DNA from: Mobula hypostoma
Taxonomy: Eukaryota
NCBI RefSeq assembly: GCF_963921235.1
Contig: NC_086098.1
Coordinates: forward strand, 8,122,001 to 8,186,000
Length of the DNA: 64,000 bases
Direction: 5' to 3'
The notes beneath the pieces were generated by a model. It had not been told where the DNA came from and made no database searches. It saw only the letters and a program-made list of their open reading frames with translations. Below are positions 12,485-26,186 of this stretch, one piece after another. The position numbers were made by a program, and so were the translations under genes. Numbering within the stretch: position 1 is the first letter of the stretch; the number at the start of each line of letters is the position of its first letter.

Positions 12485-15010
12485 GAGTCATAGAGACATA
12501 GGGACACAGAACACAGTAGCACAGAAACAGACCCTTTGGTCTATTTAGTCCATGCCAGACCATTAATCTGCCAAGACCCCCTGACCAGCATGTGGACCAT
12601 AGTCCTCCATACCCCTACCATCCATGTACCTATCCAAATTTCACTTAAGTGTTAAAATCGACTACGCATCCAACATTTGCCCTGGCAGCTCATTACACAC
12701 TCTCACCACCCCCAAGTTCCCCCTTAAGTATTTCACCTTTCACCCTTAACCCATGTCCTCTTGTTCTAGTCTCACCCAACTTCAGTGCAAAAAGCCTGCT
12801 TGCATTTACCATATCTATACCCCTCATCATTTTGTATACCTCTGTCAAATCTCCCCTCGATCCTCTATATTCTAGGGAATAAAGTTCTAAACTATGCAAC
12901 CTTTCCCTATGTCTCAGGTCCTCAAATCCTGGCACCATCCTTGAAAATCTTCTCTGCACTCTATCAATCTTATTTTCATCTTTTCTGCAGGTAGGTGCCT
13001 CAATATCTTTTGAACACCAAGGTTTCTTTAACCCTTTTATCTTCGCCTGACAGGAACATAAGAATTCTGCATTCTCAAAATTTCACTTTTGAAGGCCTCC
13101 CACTTAACAAAAACACCTTTGCCAGAATATAGCCTGTCCCAATTCACACTTGCCAAATCCTTTCTGATACCATCAAAATTGACCTTTCTCCAATTTAGAA
13201 TCGCAACCTGCTGACCAGATCTATCCTTTTTTCATAATTACCTTCAATCTAATGGCATTATGATCACTAGATGCAACGTGTTCCCTTACATGAACTTCTG
13301 TCACCTGCCCTCTCTCATTCCCTGGTATGACACTCTCTCTAGTTTGACTTCAATGTACAGATTAAGGAAACTTTACTGAACACATTTAACAAACTCCTTC
13401 CCATCCAGCCCTTTTACGGTATGGAAGTCCCAGTCAATATGTGGAAAGCTAAAACCACCTATTATCAAAAACCTTATGTTTCTTACAACAGTCTGCGATC
13501 ACCCAACATATTTGTTCCTCTAAATCCTGTGGATATAATGTAACATAATCCTGTGTTTATAATATAATCCCATTAACATGGTTTAACTGTACTTTTCTTA
13601 TTCTTCACTTTTACCTATAAATCCTCTCAAGATGAGCTCTCCAGTCTGTCTTGACTGATCATGGTCGTGTCATTTTCCCTGACTAGTAATGTACCCTTAT
13701 CCCTTTAAACCCTACCGCTCTATCACGTTTAAAACAACAGAACCCTGGAACATTGAGCTGCCAGTCCCGCTGCTCTTGCAATAACAGCTACAATGTCATA
13801 GTTCCACATGATGATCCATGCCCTAAGTTCATCCACCTTTCCTACAATACTCCTTGCATTGAAATATACACAGCTCAGAACATTAGTCCCATCGTGCTCA
13901 ATTTTTTGTTTCCTAACTTTGTCTGAGATCTTAACAATGTGGCTCCACAACCTCTCCACTCCCTGATCTGGCACCCTAGTTCCCATCTCCAGTGCAACTC
14001 TAGCTTAAACCCCACCATGCAGCACTAACAAACCTTCCCTCTAGGATATTAGTCCCCCTCCAGTTCAGGTACAAACAATCCTTTCTGTAGAGGTCTCATC
14101 TTCCCTGGAAAAGGGTCCAATGATCCAAATACCTGAAGCCTTCCTTCTGCACCAACTCCTTAGCCACATGTTAAACTGTATAATCTTCCCATTTCTGGCA
14201 TGTGCTATGGGTAGCAATCCTGCAATCACAACCTCGGAGGTCCTGCCCTTTAACTTAGCACCTCACTCCCTGAACTCACTTTGCAAAACCTCGTCACCCA
14301 AGTTATTGGTACCGATGTAAACCATGACCTCTGGCTGATCACCCTTTGATTTAAGAATGTTGTGAACTTCATTCTTCCTGACTCTGTCACCCGGGAGGTA
14401 ACAAACCATCTGGGAATCACATTCTTGTCCGCAGGACCTCTTTTTGTGTTCCCCTAACCAAAGAATCCCCTATCACTACAGCTTGCCACTTCTACCCCCA
14501 CTTCCCTTCACTTCTGAGCCACAGGGCCAGACATAATGCCAGAGACCAGACGACAGTGGCTTTACTCTGCTAGGTCATTCCCCCCCAACAGTATCCCACG
14601 TCTTAAGAGGTATAAATATAAGGGTATGCTGACTGGCTGCCTATCCCCATTCCCCATCCTGAAGGTCAGCCAGGTACGTTGGGTGTGACTACCTCCCTGT
14701 ATGTCCTGTCTATCAACTTCTCAGCTTCCTGAATGATCTGGAGTTCATCCGGTTCCAGCTACAAAGCCTTATCAGAGTCTGTTAGAAGCTGCAGCTGGAT
14801 GAAATTCTTGCAGGTGTAGTCGTCAGGGACACTGGAGGTCTCCTTGCCTTCCCAGATCCTGCAAGAGGAGCATTTAGCTATTCACCTGGCAAAACCACTG
14901 ATCTAAATGTACATCCTTTGTACAATAAGAAACAAAGAAAGAATAAATAATGGAAAAAATCTACCTACTCCCTAGCCTCTCCTCACTAAATCCTCGATGA
15001 GCTAAAGCCT
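12485..15010 (-). mobile_element. Decayed, internally deleted CR1 (ORF1, endonuclease, RT 3' end)
   Basis: 3' RT LYSLEYRGSRGDL; endonuclease YFNARSIVGKVDEL (13729-13986); ORF1-like ETSSVPDDYTCKNFIQLQLL near 14790-14845. Confidence 0.85.
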
Positions 15011-15499
15011 TAACTCTCCACTTCAGGACTGGACCATTCATACAATTGCCACGCCACTTAAATCTAATTTCTTTTTATTGGATCTTGCTCAGTGGCTAGT
15101 AATGCACAATCCATTATCTCCTCAGGACTATCCCCACGCACTGCATTTAAACTCTCTCTTCCTCGAAGCAATCCAATGTCTCCTTGGGATTGTTGTGTTC
15201 CTTTGCATCTCTTGTGAATGCCTACATGAAAACGATTCTCAGGGAGACTTACATTTTATGTACTTTAATAATAAATTTACTTGGAACTTTCAGGTTTATA
15301 TCAGTCTCCAGATCATGCACAGTATCTGACACCTTCTAATATTTTGAGAACAGTATCTCACCTGATCAATTTAATGTACGGCAAAAGACAATTTCACATC
15401 GTAAACTCACTGCAGTGGAAAAGTTCTACCATTTACCTGAGCTATATGTACAGTTTGTGTGCCAAAGACGTTTGCACAGTACTGTATTATCTACATATA

Positions 15500-15760
15500 G
15501 GAAGTAGGTACAGAGGAGATGTCTTTTTTACGCAGAGAGTGGTGAGTGCGTGGAATGGGCTGCCGGCGGCGGTGGTGGAGGCGGAAACGATAGGGTCTTT
15601 TAAGAGACTCCTGGGTGGCTACATGGAGCTTAGAAAAATAGAGGGCTATCGGTAAGCCTAGGTAGTTTTAAGGTAAGGACATATTCGGCACAGCTTTGTG
15701 GGCCGAAGGGCCTGTATTGTGCTGTAAGTTTTCTATGTTTCTATGTTTTATGTTTCTATA
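15500..15760 (+). mobile_element. CR1 3' end
   Basis: FFTQRVVSAWNGLP and (TTTCTATG)n tail. Confidence 0.9.
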
Positions 15761-16223
15761 TAAATGGAAACAAATCTGGAATGTTCAAAAATGTGTTGTA
15801 AAGAATAGAAATCCTGAATTTACAAACAGATTCGAAGCACCAAATGTCAACCTTCCCCAGGAGAGTTTAGTCTTGGGGAGACCCTGTAGCTTTTAGTTTG
15901 GGCGATCACCCCTTAGATTCAGATCCAAAACTCCTTTCATAAGGATGGCAGACAATGGATTAGAAAGTAACCAGTCAGAGCAATAAAATAAATGTTTCAG
16001 ATTCCACATCCGATTAAAGTGGAGATGATGAGTTGCCAGGGCTCCGTGTCTGTTCTTTAACATCTCAGTTAGTGGGGTATTGGCATCACCTGAAGGATAA
16101 CTTCTTCCATTTAATGATTACATTCATATCTTAAAGAATCAGTGCTCCTTAAAGTAATGACAGCTTTGTTTGAAAGCAACTTAATGAAGTTGCTGAAGAC
16201 TCCAAGAGGATGATTTTTAAATT

Positions 16224-16423
16224 TAGGCAACATCTACAGGGAGCAATAACCAGTCAACATTTCAGTCAAAACTCTTCATCAGGACTTAATTCTGATAAAG
16301 GGTCTCACCCAGAAGCATCAGCTGTTTATTCTTCTCCATAGATGCTGACTGACTCACTGAGCTCCTCCAGCATTTTGTGTGTGTTGCTCAAGATTTCCAG
16401 CATTTGCAGAATCTCTTGTGTTT
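16224..16423. mobile_element. Penelope-derived fold-back element with hammerhead remnants on both strands
   Basis: Minus strand AGTC-CTGATGA-AGAGTTTTGACT-GAAA-TGTT-GACTG (16251-16286); the plus arm ends ATTTCCAGCATTTGCAGAATC like 40845-40860. Confidence 0.75.
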
Positions 16424-16579
16424 TTGATTTTTTTCAAGACGTTTTGGAGGGTTAGTAGAGGACGTGGCAGGATGAGAGGCACTTTTGTTCACAAGATCAC
16501 AGAAAACTACAACAGCCAACTATTTGTCATAGCTGGCAGAGAATGCCACAGAATAATTAAAGATAAAATGTAGACTTCA

Positions 16580-19500
16580 GATAGCAGATGGGTGACCATA
16601 TGGAGAGGTAAGGGAGTACCCAGTACAGTGTAAGGTTCGCCAGTGGCCATTCCCCTTTGTAACAAATATACCCCCTTGGATAGTGCTGGGGTTGGGGGAG
16701 GGGGAATGGTCTATCACGGATCAGTAACATCAGCCAGGCCCTGTCAGGCCCTGTGGCCAGTTCCGAGGCTCAGCAGGGAAGGGTAAAGTCTGGCAGAGTA
16801 GTAGTGATAGGAGACTCAATAATTATGACAGGGGAATGGGAACCAGTATGACAGAGCTGAGGATGAGCCAGCAGGTTTACAAGTAGGTGATGGGTGTAAC
16901 ATGAATGTAAGGAAGGACAAGCCAACGATTGGATACAAATACAGGCAGAGCAAAGAGTTAAATTATACCACAGAGGCAAAATTCAGAAGGGTGAAGAAAG
17001 CAGGGCTGAAGGTGTTGTATTTAAATGCGCATAGCATTCGGAATTAGGTGGACAAACTCGCGGCACAATTAGAAATTGGTCGATATAACGTTGTGGGCAT
17101 CACTGAACCGTGGCTGAAAGAAGGCCAGAGCTGGGAGCTTAACATCAAAGGATATACTTTCTATCGAAAGTCAGGTAGGAATGTATAGGTGGTGATGTGG
17201 CTCTGTTGATAAGAGATGGAATTCCAGCTTTAGAAAGAGGTGGCATAGGGTCAGAGAAGGTTGAATCTATGTGGGTGAAGAAACTGCAAGGGTAAGAATA
17301 CCATGGTGGGAATCATATATAGGCCTCCAAATAGTAGCCAAGATATAGAGTTGAGATTGCAAAGGGATCTGGAAAAGGCATGTAAAAAGGGTATTGTCAC
17401 AATTGTAATGAGGTACTTCAGTATGCAAGGGGATTGGGAAAATCAGGTTGATGTCGGATCGCAAGAGAGGGAATTTGTTGAATGCCTACAAGATAGCTTT
17501 TTAGAGCAGCTTGTGCTTGAGCTACTCAGGGAAAGGCTATCTCAGGTTGGGTGTTGTGTAATAACCCAAATCTTATTAAGGAGCTTAGTGTAAAGGAACC
17601 CTGAGGAGACAGTGATCATAATATGATTGAATTCACACTGCAATTTGAGAGGGAGAAGCATAAGTCACATGTATCAGTATTGCAATGGAATAAAGGGAAT
17701 TACAGAGACATGAGAGAGGAGCTTGTCCAGGTGGATTGGAGGAGGATACTAGCAAGGATGATGGCAGAGCAGAGATGGCTGAAGTTTCTGGGAATAGTTC
17801 ACAAGGCGCAGGATAGATGTATCCCACAGAGGAAGTTGTTCTTAAATGGCAAATGTAGGCAACATTGGCTGACAAAGGAAGTTCAGGACTGCATAAGAGC
17901 CAAGGAAAGGGCATATAAGGTAGCAAAAGTGCATGGGAAGTTGGATGATTGGGAAGCTTTTAAAAACCAACAAAAGGCAACTAAGAAAGCTATACGAAGG
18001 GAAAAGATGAAATATGAGGGCAGACCAACCAATAATATAAAGCAGGATACCAAAGTTGTTTTCAGTTATATGAAGAGTAAAAGCAAGGTGAGAGTTAATG
18101 TTGGACCACTGGAAAATGATGCTGATGAGGTAGTAATGGGGGAACAAAGAAATGGCAGATGAAATTAATAGGTACTTTGCATCTGTCTTCACTATGGAAG
18201 ACACTAGCAGTGTGCGTCTGTGAGAGTCAAGGAGAAGGAATGAGTGCCATTGCTATTAGAAAGGAAAAATTGCTGGGCAAACTCAAAGATCTTAAGGTGG
18301 ATAAGTCACCTGAACCACATAAACTACATCCCAGAGGTTGCTGAAGAGATAACAGATGCATTGGTCATGATCTTTCAAGAATCATTTGATTCTGGCATGG
18401 TCCCAGGAGAGCGGAAAATTTCAAAATTCCTCTTGTTAAGAAGGGAGGAAAGCAAAAGAAAGGAAATTATAGGCCAGTTAGCCTAATCTCAGTGGTTGGA
18501 AAAATGTTGGAGTCTATTACTAACAAAGAAGTTTTGAGGTACTTGGAGACTAATGATAAAATAAGTCCAAGTCGGCATGGTTTCTGTGAAGGGAAATCTT
18601 GCCTGACAAATCTATTAGAGTTCTTCGAGGAAGTAGCAAGCAGGGTGGACAAAGGAGAGGTAGTGGATGTCACTTACTTGGATTTTCAGAAGGCGTTTGA
18701 TAAGGTGCCACACATAAGGCTGTTTAACAAGATAAAATCCTATGGTGTTAGAGGAAAGATACTTGCATCGATAGCGAAATGGCTGACAAGCAGGAGGCAG
18801 TGAGTGCGAATAAAAGGAGCCTTCTGTGGGTGGTTGCAGGTGACTAGTGATGTTCCTTAGGGTCAGTATTGGGACCATTACTTTTCACATTGTTTGTCAG
18901 TGATTTGGATAATGGAATTGATGGCTTTGTGGCAAAGTTTGCGGATGATACGAAGATAGGTGGAAGGGTAGGTAGTGCTGAGGAAGCAGTGCGATTGCAG
19001 GAGGATTTAGATAAACTGGAAGAATTGGCAAAAAAGTGAGATGAAATACAGTGTTGGGAAATGTATGATAATGCATTATGGTAAAAAGAATAATATTGTG
19101 CAAAATTATCTAAATGGGGAGAAGCCTCAAACATCAAAGTTTCAGACAGACTTAGGAATCCTCATCCAAGTCTCCCAGAAGGTTAATTTACAGGTTGAGA
19201 CTGTGGTAAAGGAGGCAAGTGCAATGTTGTCATTTATTTCAAGGGGAATAGAATATAAAAACAAGGAGATAATGCTGAGCCTTTATAAGACACTAGTCAA
19301 ACTGCATTTGGAGTATTGTCAACTGTTCTGAGCCCCAAATTTCAGAAAGGATGTGTTGTCATTGGAGAAAGCCCAAAGGAGGTTCACGAGGATGACTACA
19401 GGAGTGAGAGGGTTAACATATGAGGAGCGTTTGGCAGTTTTGACCCTGTACTCATGAGATTTAGAAGAATGCAGGGGGATCTTATTGAAGCTTATCAAAT

Positions 19501-19862
19501 GTTGAAAGGACTGGATAGGGAGGATGTGCAAAGGATGATTCCTATAGTGGGGATATTCAGAACTAGAGGGCACAGTCTCGAAATTGAGGGACAAACTTTT
19601 ATAACTGAGGTAAGGAGAAATGTTTTTAGCCAGAGAGTATCTGTGGAATGCTCTGCCACAGATTCTGGTAGAGGCTATGTCCATGGGTGGATTTAAGGTG
19701 GAAGTTGACTATTTCCTTATTGGTCAGGGTATCAAAGGATATGGCAAGAAGGCAAGTGTATGCGGATGAGTGGGATTCAGGTCAGCTATAATGGATCAGC
19801 TCCAGGATTAGACTTGATGGGCTGAATGGCCTAATTCTGCTCCCATGTCTTATGATCTTATG
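16580..19862 (+). mobile_element. Long decayed CR1 (ORF1 esterase end, endonuclease, RT, 3' UTR)
   Basis: VVIGDSII, GIIYRPPNS, KSCLTNLLEFFEE, YLDFQKAFDKVPH, AKFADDTK; many stops and frameshifts. Confidence 0.92.
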
Positions 19863-19889
19863 GAAAACAAATTCTATGGCCGCAAAAGC

Positions 19890-20135
19890 CAGGATGGTGT
19901 ATTGCCTTCCAGGAGCCTGGCTGATCTGACCATGGACTCATCTCCACCTACCTGCATTTTTTCCATAATCCTTAATTCCCTTACTATGAAAAAGCTATCC
20001 AACCTTGTCTTAAATATATTTACCCTCTAGTCTCTAGTGTTTCATTGGGCAGAGAATTCCACAAATTCACTACTCTCTGGGAAAAGTACTTCCTCCTCAT
20101 CTCCATCCCAAATCTACTCCTCTGAATCTGGAGGG
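19890..20135 (-). mobile_element. CR1 3' UTR remnant
   Basis: Similar to 571-722 and other CR1 3' ends. Confidence 0.7.
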
Positions 20136-20239
20136 TAAGTCCGTCAATGGCCGCAGAAGATTCGCAAGAGGGAGGGCGAAGAGCCAGAGATCACGGTGCA
20201 CAGTGCCCAAAATAACATCAGTAAAAATAGGGAACAGTT

Positions 20240-21712
20240 CTTGCATAGAAACGGGGATGGTGCCGGAGGATTGGTGTATTGCTCATGTTGTTCCATTGTT
20301 TAAAAAGGGTTCTAAGAGTAAACCTAGCAATTATCGGCCTGTGAGTTTGACGTCAGTGGTGAGTAAATTGATGGAAAGTATTCTTAGAGATGGTATATAT
20401 AATTATCTGGATAGACAGGGTCTGATTAGGAACAGTCAACATGGATTTGTGCGTGGAAGGTCATGTTTGACAAATCTTACTGAATTTTTTGAAGAGGTTA
20501 CTAGGAAAGTTGACGAGGGTAAAGCAGTGGATGTTGTCTATATGAACGTCAGTAAGGCCTTTGACAAGGTTCCACATGGAAGGTTAGTTAGGAAGGTTCA
20601 ATCATTAGGTATTAATATTGAAGTAGTAAGATGGATTCAGCAGTGGCTGGATGGGAGACGTCAGAGAGTAGTGGTGGATAACCATTTGTCAGATTGGAGG
20701 CCAGTGACTAGTGGTGTGCCTCGGGGATCCGTACTGGGTCCAATGTTGTTTGTCATATATATTAATGATCTGGATGATGGGGTGGTAAATTGGATTATTA
20801 AGTATGCAGATGATACTAAGATAGATGGTGTTGTGGATAATGAAATAGGTTTTCAAAGCTTGCAGAGAGATTTAGGCCAGTTAGAAGAGTGGGCTGAAAG
20901 TTGGCAGATGGAGTTTAATGCTGATAAATGTGAGGTGCTACATTTTGGTAGGACTAATCAAAATAGGACATACAGGGTAAATGGCAGGGCATTGAAGAAC
21001 GCAGTAGAACAGAGGGATCTAGGAATAATGGTGCATAGTTCCCTGAAGGTGGAATCTCATGTGGATGGGGTGGTGAAGAAAGCTTTTGGTATGCTTTATT
21101 AATCAGAGCATTGAGTATAGGAGTTGGGATGTAATGTTAAAATTGTACGAGGCATTGGTAAGACCAAATTTGGAGTGTTGTGTACAGTTCTGGTCACCGA
21201 ATTATAGGAAAGATGTCAACAAAATTGAGAGAGTACAGAGAAGATTTACTAGAATGTTACCTGGGTTTCATCTCCTAAGTTACAGAGAAAGGTTGAACAA
21301 GTTAAGTCTTTATTCTTTGGAACGTAGAAGGTTGAGGGGGGGACGATAGAGGTATTTAAAATTATGAGGGAGATAGATAGAGTTGACCTGGATAGGCTTT
21401 TTCCATTGAGAGTTGTGGAGATTCAAACAAGAGGACATGAGTTAAGAGTTAAAGGGCAGAAGTTTAGAGGTAACATGAGGGGAATTTCTTTACTCAGAGA
21501 GTGGTAGCTGTGTGGTACGAGCTTCCAGCAGAAGTGGTTGAGGCAGGTTCGATGTTGTCATTTGAAGTTAAATTGGATAGCTATATGGACAGGAAAGGAA
21601 TGGAGGGTTATGGGCCGAGTGCATGTCGGTGGGACTAGGAGAGAGTAAGAGTTCGGCACGAACTAGAAGGGCCGAAATGGCCTGTTTCCGTGCTGTAATT
21701 GTTATATGGATA
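20240..21712 (+). mobile_element. 5'-truncated CR1 (RT domain), lightly decayed
   Basis: ORF 20203-21102 contains NYRPVSLTS, GSVLGP and YADDTK and continues after a frameshift; 3' UTR present. Confidence 0.95.
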
Positions 21713-21721
21713 TATATATAG

Positions 21722-22076
21722 AGAGAGTATACGGAAGTGGGGAAAAGGCCGAAGAGTAGAATCTTCAAGGTCAAATTTGAAGACAGAATATGATATCGAT
21801 GGTAAGACTCTTGGCACTATGGAGGATCAGAGAGGTCTTGGGGTCCATGTCCACAAGACACTCAAAACTGCTGCGCAGGTTGACAGTGTCGTTAAGAAGG
21901 AACATGGTGTGTTGGCCTTCATCAACTGTGGGATTGAGTTCAAGAGCCGTGAGGCAATGTTACAGCTATACAAGACCTTAGATATACCACTTGGAGTACT
22001 GTGTTCAGTTCTGGTCTGAAGGATGTGGATACTATAGAGAGAGTGCAGAGGAGATTTACAAGGACGTTGCCTGGAT
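21722..22076 (+). mobile_element. CR1 RT fragment
   Basis: EDQRGLGVHVHKTLK and QVDSVVKK. Confidence 0.85.
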
Positions 22077-22226
22077 CCCACTTCTGACACCATGTAATGT
22101 TGATGTGACTCAGACACCACTGTAGATTGAACAACCACGTTTATTCACCAGACTTCCATTTTTACTTCTCCATGTCCTGACATCATACGCACTCTGACGC
22201 TACGAATACTCACACAATACATTACA
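22075..22226 (-). mobile_element. Short LTR (22093-22226) with tRNA-Leu primer-binding site (22075-22092), Gypsy-like
   Basis: 8-bp terminal inverted repeats TGTAATGT...ACATTACA; AATAAA on the minus strand; adjacent TGGTGTCAGAAGTGGGAT is complementary to the 3' 18 nt of tRNA-Leu(CAA). Confidence 0.8.
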
Positions 22227-22309
22227 GAGAGATGACTACCCCCGGTAGGTCATATCCTCAATAGTATCCAAAGTTATATACTTAGTATTGAGGGGAAAAA
22301 CCGCTGGTG

Positions 22310-22542
22310 TAGAGTCACAGAGTCCTAGAGAAGTACATCACAGAATCAGGCCCTTTAGCCTATTTAATCCATGCCAAAACCATGCAAACTGCCCACTCCC
22401 ATCAACCTGCACTGAGTTCGTAACTCTCCATATTCCTACTACCCATGTACCATCCAGATCTTAAATGCTGAAATCGAGCTCACGTGCACCAGTCGTATTG
22501 GCAGCTCGTTCCACACTCTCACAACTCTCTGAGTGAAGAAGT
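22310..22542 (-). mobile_element. CR1 3' end fragment
   Basis: Homologous to 22590-22820. Confidence 0.75.
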
Positions 22543-23119
22543 GAATGCCTACAAGAGAGCAAATCTCAGGCTAGTATATGGTGACATATAGAGTCATAGA
22601 AATGTACAGCACAGAAACAGGCCCTTCAGCCCATCTAGTTCATGCTGAACTATTTAAACTGCCTAGTTCCATTGACCTGTATCCAGACATAGCCCTCCAT
22701 TCCCCTGCCTTCTATGTACTCATCCAGAATTCTCCTAAACATTGAAATCGAGCTCACATGCCCCACTTCCCCACTTATGCTGACAGGTCATTGCACACTC
22801 TCACCACTCTGAGTGAAGAAATTTCCCCTCATGTTTCCTTTAAACATCTCACCTTTCACCCTTAACCCATGACCTCTGGTTGTAGTTCCCATCGAACTTT
22901 AGTGAAAAAATGCTTGGTTGCATTTATCTCATCTAACCCCTCATAACATTATATACCTCTATTAAACCTTCTCTCTATTTTCTATGTTCTAAAGCATACA
23001 GTCCTAAACTATTCAATCTTTTCTTATAACTCAGTCTCTGTAATTTTTCAACCTTATTTACATCTTTCCCACAGGTAAAATGGCCAAAACTGCACATAAT
23101 GCTCCAAATTAGGCCTCAC

Positions 23120-24353
23120 CATAGTCATAGTCATAGTCATACTTTATTAATCCCGGGGGAAATTGGTTTTCGTTACAGTTGTACCATAAATAATTAAATA
23201 GTAATACGTAAATTATGCCAGGAAGTAAGTCCAGGACCAGCCTATTGGCTCAGGGTGTCTGACCCTCCAAGGGAGGAGTTGTAAAGTTTGATGGCCACAG
23301 GCAGGAATGACTTCCTATGACGCTCTGTGCTGCATCTCGGTGGAATGAGTCTCTGGCTGAATGTACTCCTGTGCCCAACCAGTACATTGTGTAGTGGATG
23401 GGAGACATTGTCCAAGATGGCTTGCAACTTAGACAGCATCCTCTTTTCAGACACCACCGTCAGAGAGTCCAGTTCCATCCCCACAACATCACTGGCCTTA
23501 CGAATGAGGTTGTTGATTCTGTTGGTGTCTGCTACCCTCAGCCTGCTGCCCCAGCACACAACAGCAAACATGATCGCACTGGCCACCACAGACTCGTAGA
23601 ACATCCTCAGCATCGTCCAGCAGATGTTGAAGGACCTCAGTCTCCTCAGGAAATAGAGACGGCTCTGACCCTTCTTGTAGACAGCCTCAGTGTTCTTTGA
23701 CCAGTCCAGTTTATTGTCAATTTGTATCCCCAGGTATTTGTAATCCTCCACCATGTCCACACTGACCCCCTGGATGGAAACAGGGGTCACCAGTGCCTTA
23801 GCCCTCCTTAGGTCTACCACCAGCAACTTTGTCTTTTTCACATTAAGCTGCAGATAATTCTGCTCACACCATGTGACAAAGTTTCCTACCATAGCTCTGT
23901 ACTCAGCCTCATCTCCCTTGCTGATACATCCAGCTATGGCAGAGTTATCCGAAAACTTCTGAAGGTGACAAGACTCTGTGCAGTAGTTGAAGTCCGAGGT
24001 GTAAATGGTGAAGAGAAAGGGAGATAAGACAGTCCCCTTGGAGACCCAGTGCTGCTGATCACTCTGTCGGACACACAGTATTGCAAGCACATGTACTGTG
24101 GTCTGCCAGTCAGGTAATCAAGAATCCATGACACCAGGAAAGCATCCACCTGCATGGCTGTCAGCTTCTCCCCCAGCAGAGCAGGGCGGATGGTGTTGAA
24201 CGCACTGGAGAAGTCAAAAAACGTGACCCTCACAGTGCTCGCTGGCTTGTCCTGGTGGGCATAGACATGGTTCAGCAGGTAGACGATGGCATCCTCAACT
24301 CCTAGTCAGGGCTGGTAGGCAAACTGGAGGAGATCTAAGTGTGGCCTAACCAT
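23120..24353 (-). mobile_element. 5'-truncated Rex1/Babar LINE, (TATGAC)n-tail family
   Basis: ORFs 23242-24090 and 23934-24233 contain FFDFSSAFNTI, GTVLSPFLF and KFSDNS; (CATAGT)n tail. Confidence 0.95.
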
Positions 24354-26186
24354 ACACAACTTCAACACACCATTGTCTCTCCTGTACTGAATATATTGAT
24401 TTATGTAGGCCTATGAACTGAAAGCATTCTTTATGACCCTATCTACCTGTGACACCACTTTCAACAAGCTATGGACCTGCATTCCAAGATCCCTTTGTTC
24501 TAGCACACTCCTCAGTAGCCTACCCTGGTTGGTCCTAATGAAGCGCAAAACCTCATCCTTGCCTCCATTAAATTCCATCTGCCATTTTTCCAGCCAATGC
24601 AGATCCCTCTGCAAGCCATAATAGCCTTCCTCACTGCTCGCTACACCCCCCAATCTTGGTGCCATCCACAAATTTGCTGATCCAGTCAAATACATTATCA
24701 TCCAGATATAGATGACAAACCACAAAGGATTCAGCTCCGATCCCTGCGCCACACTAATAGTCACAGGCCTCCAGTCAGAGAGGCAACCCTCTACTACCAC
24801 TCTCTGACTTCTCACACAAAGCCAACGTCAAAACCAATTTACCACCTCATCCTGAATGCCAAGCGACTGAATCCTCTTGACCAGCCTCCCATACAGGAGC
24901 TTGACAAATGCCTTGCTAAAGTGCATGAAGACACCTCACCTTCATCGACTTTATGTCTAACCAATCTTACAGAGCCTCAAAAGACTCTATAAGATTGGTT
25001 AGACATGTCCTACCATGCACAAAGCCATGATGACTATCCTTAATCAGTAAATACTTATATATCCAGTCGCTTAGAATACCTTCCAATAACTTTCCCACAG
25101 CTGATGTCAGGCTCACCAACCAATAATTTCCTGGTTTATTTTTAGAGGCCTTTTTAAACAGCAGAACAACATTGGCTATTCTCCAATCCTTTGGTACCTC
25201 TCCGGTTGCTAAGGATGTCTTAAGTATATTGGCTCAGGCCCTGGCAATGTCCACACTTGCCTGTCATGGGGTCCAATGAAACACCTTATCAGGCCCTGAT
25301 GATTTATTCACTTTTATTTGCCTCAGCATTGTAAACTCCTCCTCCTCAGTAATCTGTACTGGGTCCATGAAGTTGATGCCACTTTGCCTTACATCTATAG
25401 ACTCTGTACCTATCTTCTGAGTAAATACTGAGGCAAAGAGTTCATTTAAGATCTCCCCCTTTGGCTCCACACACGGATTATCATTCTGGTCATCCAGCAG
25501 ACTAATTTTGTCCCTTGCAATTGTTTGGCTCATATACATCTGAAGAATCCCTTAGGATTCTCCTTCACCTTGTCTGCTAGAGCAACTTCATGCTTTCTTT
25601 TGGCCTTCCTGATTTCTTTGTTATGTGTTCTCCTGCATTTCTTGCACTCCATAAGCAATTAATTTGTTCCTTCTTGCCTATACCTGCCAAGCACCTCCTT
25701 CTCTCCAGTAACCAAGATCTCAAGATCTCTTAAAAACCAAGGTTCCCTACATTGTTATCTTTGCCTTCTATTTTGACAGGCACATACAAGCTTTGTACTT
25801 GCAAAATTTCGTTTCTGAAGGCCTCCCACTCTCCAAGTACACCTTTGCCAGAAAACAGTCTGTTCCAATCCAACTTGCCAGAACATTTCCGATGCCATCA
25901 AAATTGATCTTTCTCCAATTTAGAATCTCAGCCCACGGACCAGACCTATATTCTTGCATATTTACCTTGTGACTGATGGCATTGTGGTCACTGCATGCCA
26001 AGTGTTCTCCTACACAAACTTCTGTCACCTATCCTATCTTATTCCCTAATAGTAGATCCAGTATCGCAGGCTCCCTTGTTGAGACCTCTACATACTGATG
26101 AATGAAACTTTCCTGAACACGTTTGACAAACTCTAACCCATCTAGTCCTTTTACAGTGTGGGATTTCCCAGTCAATATGTGGAAAG

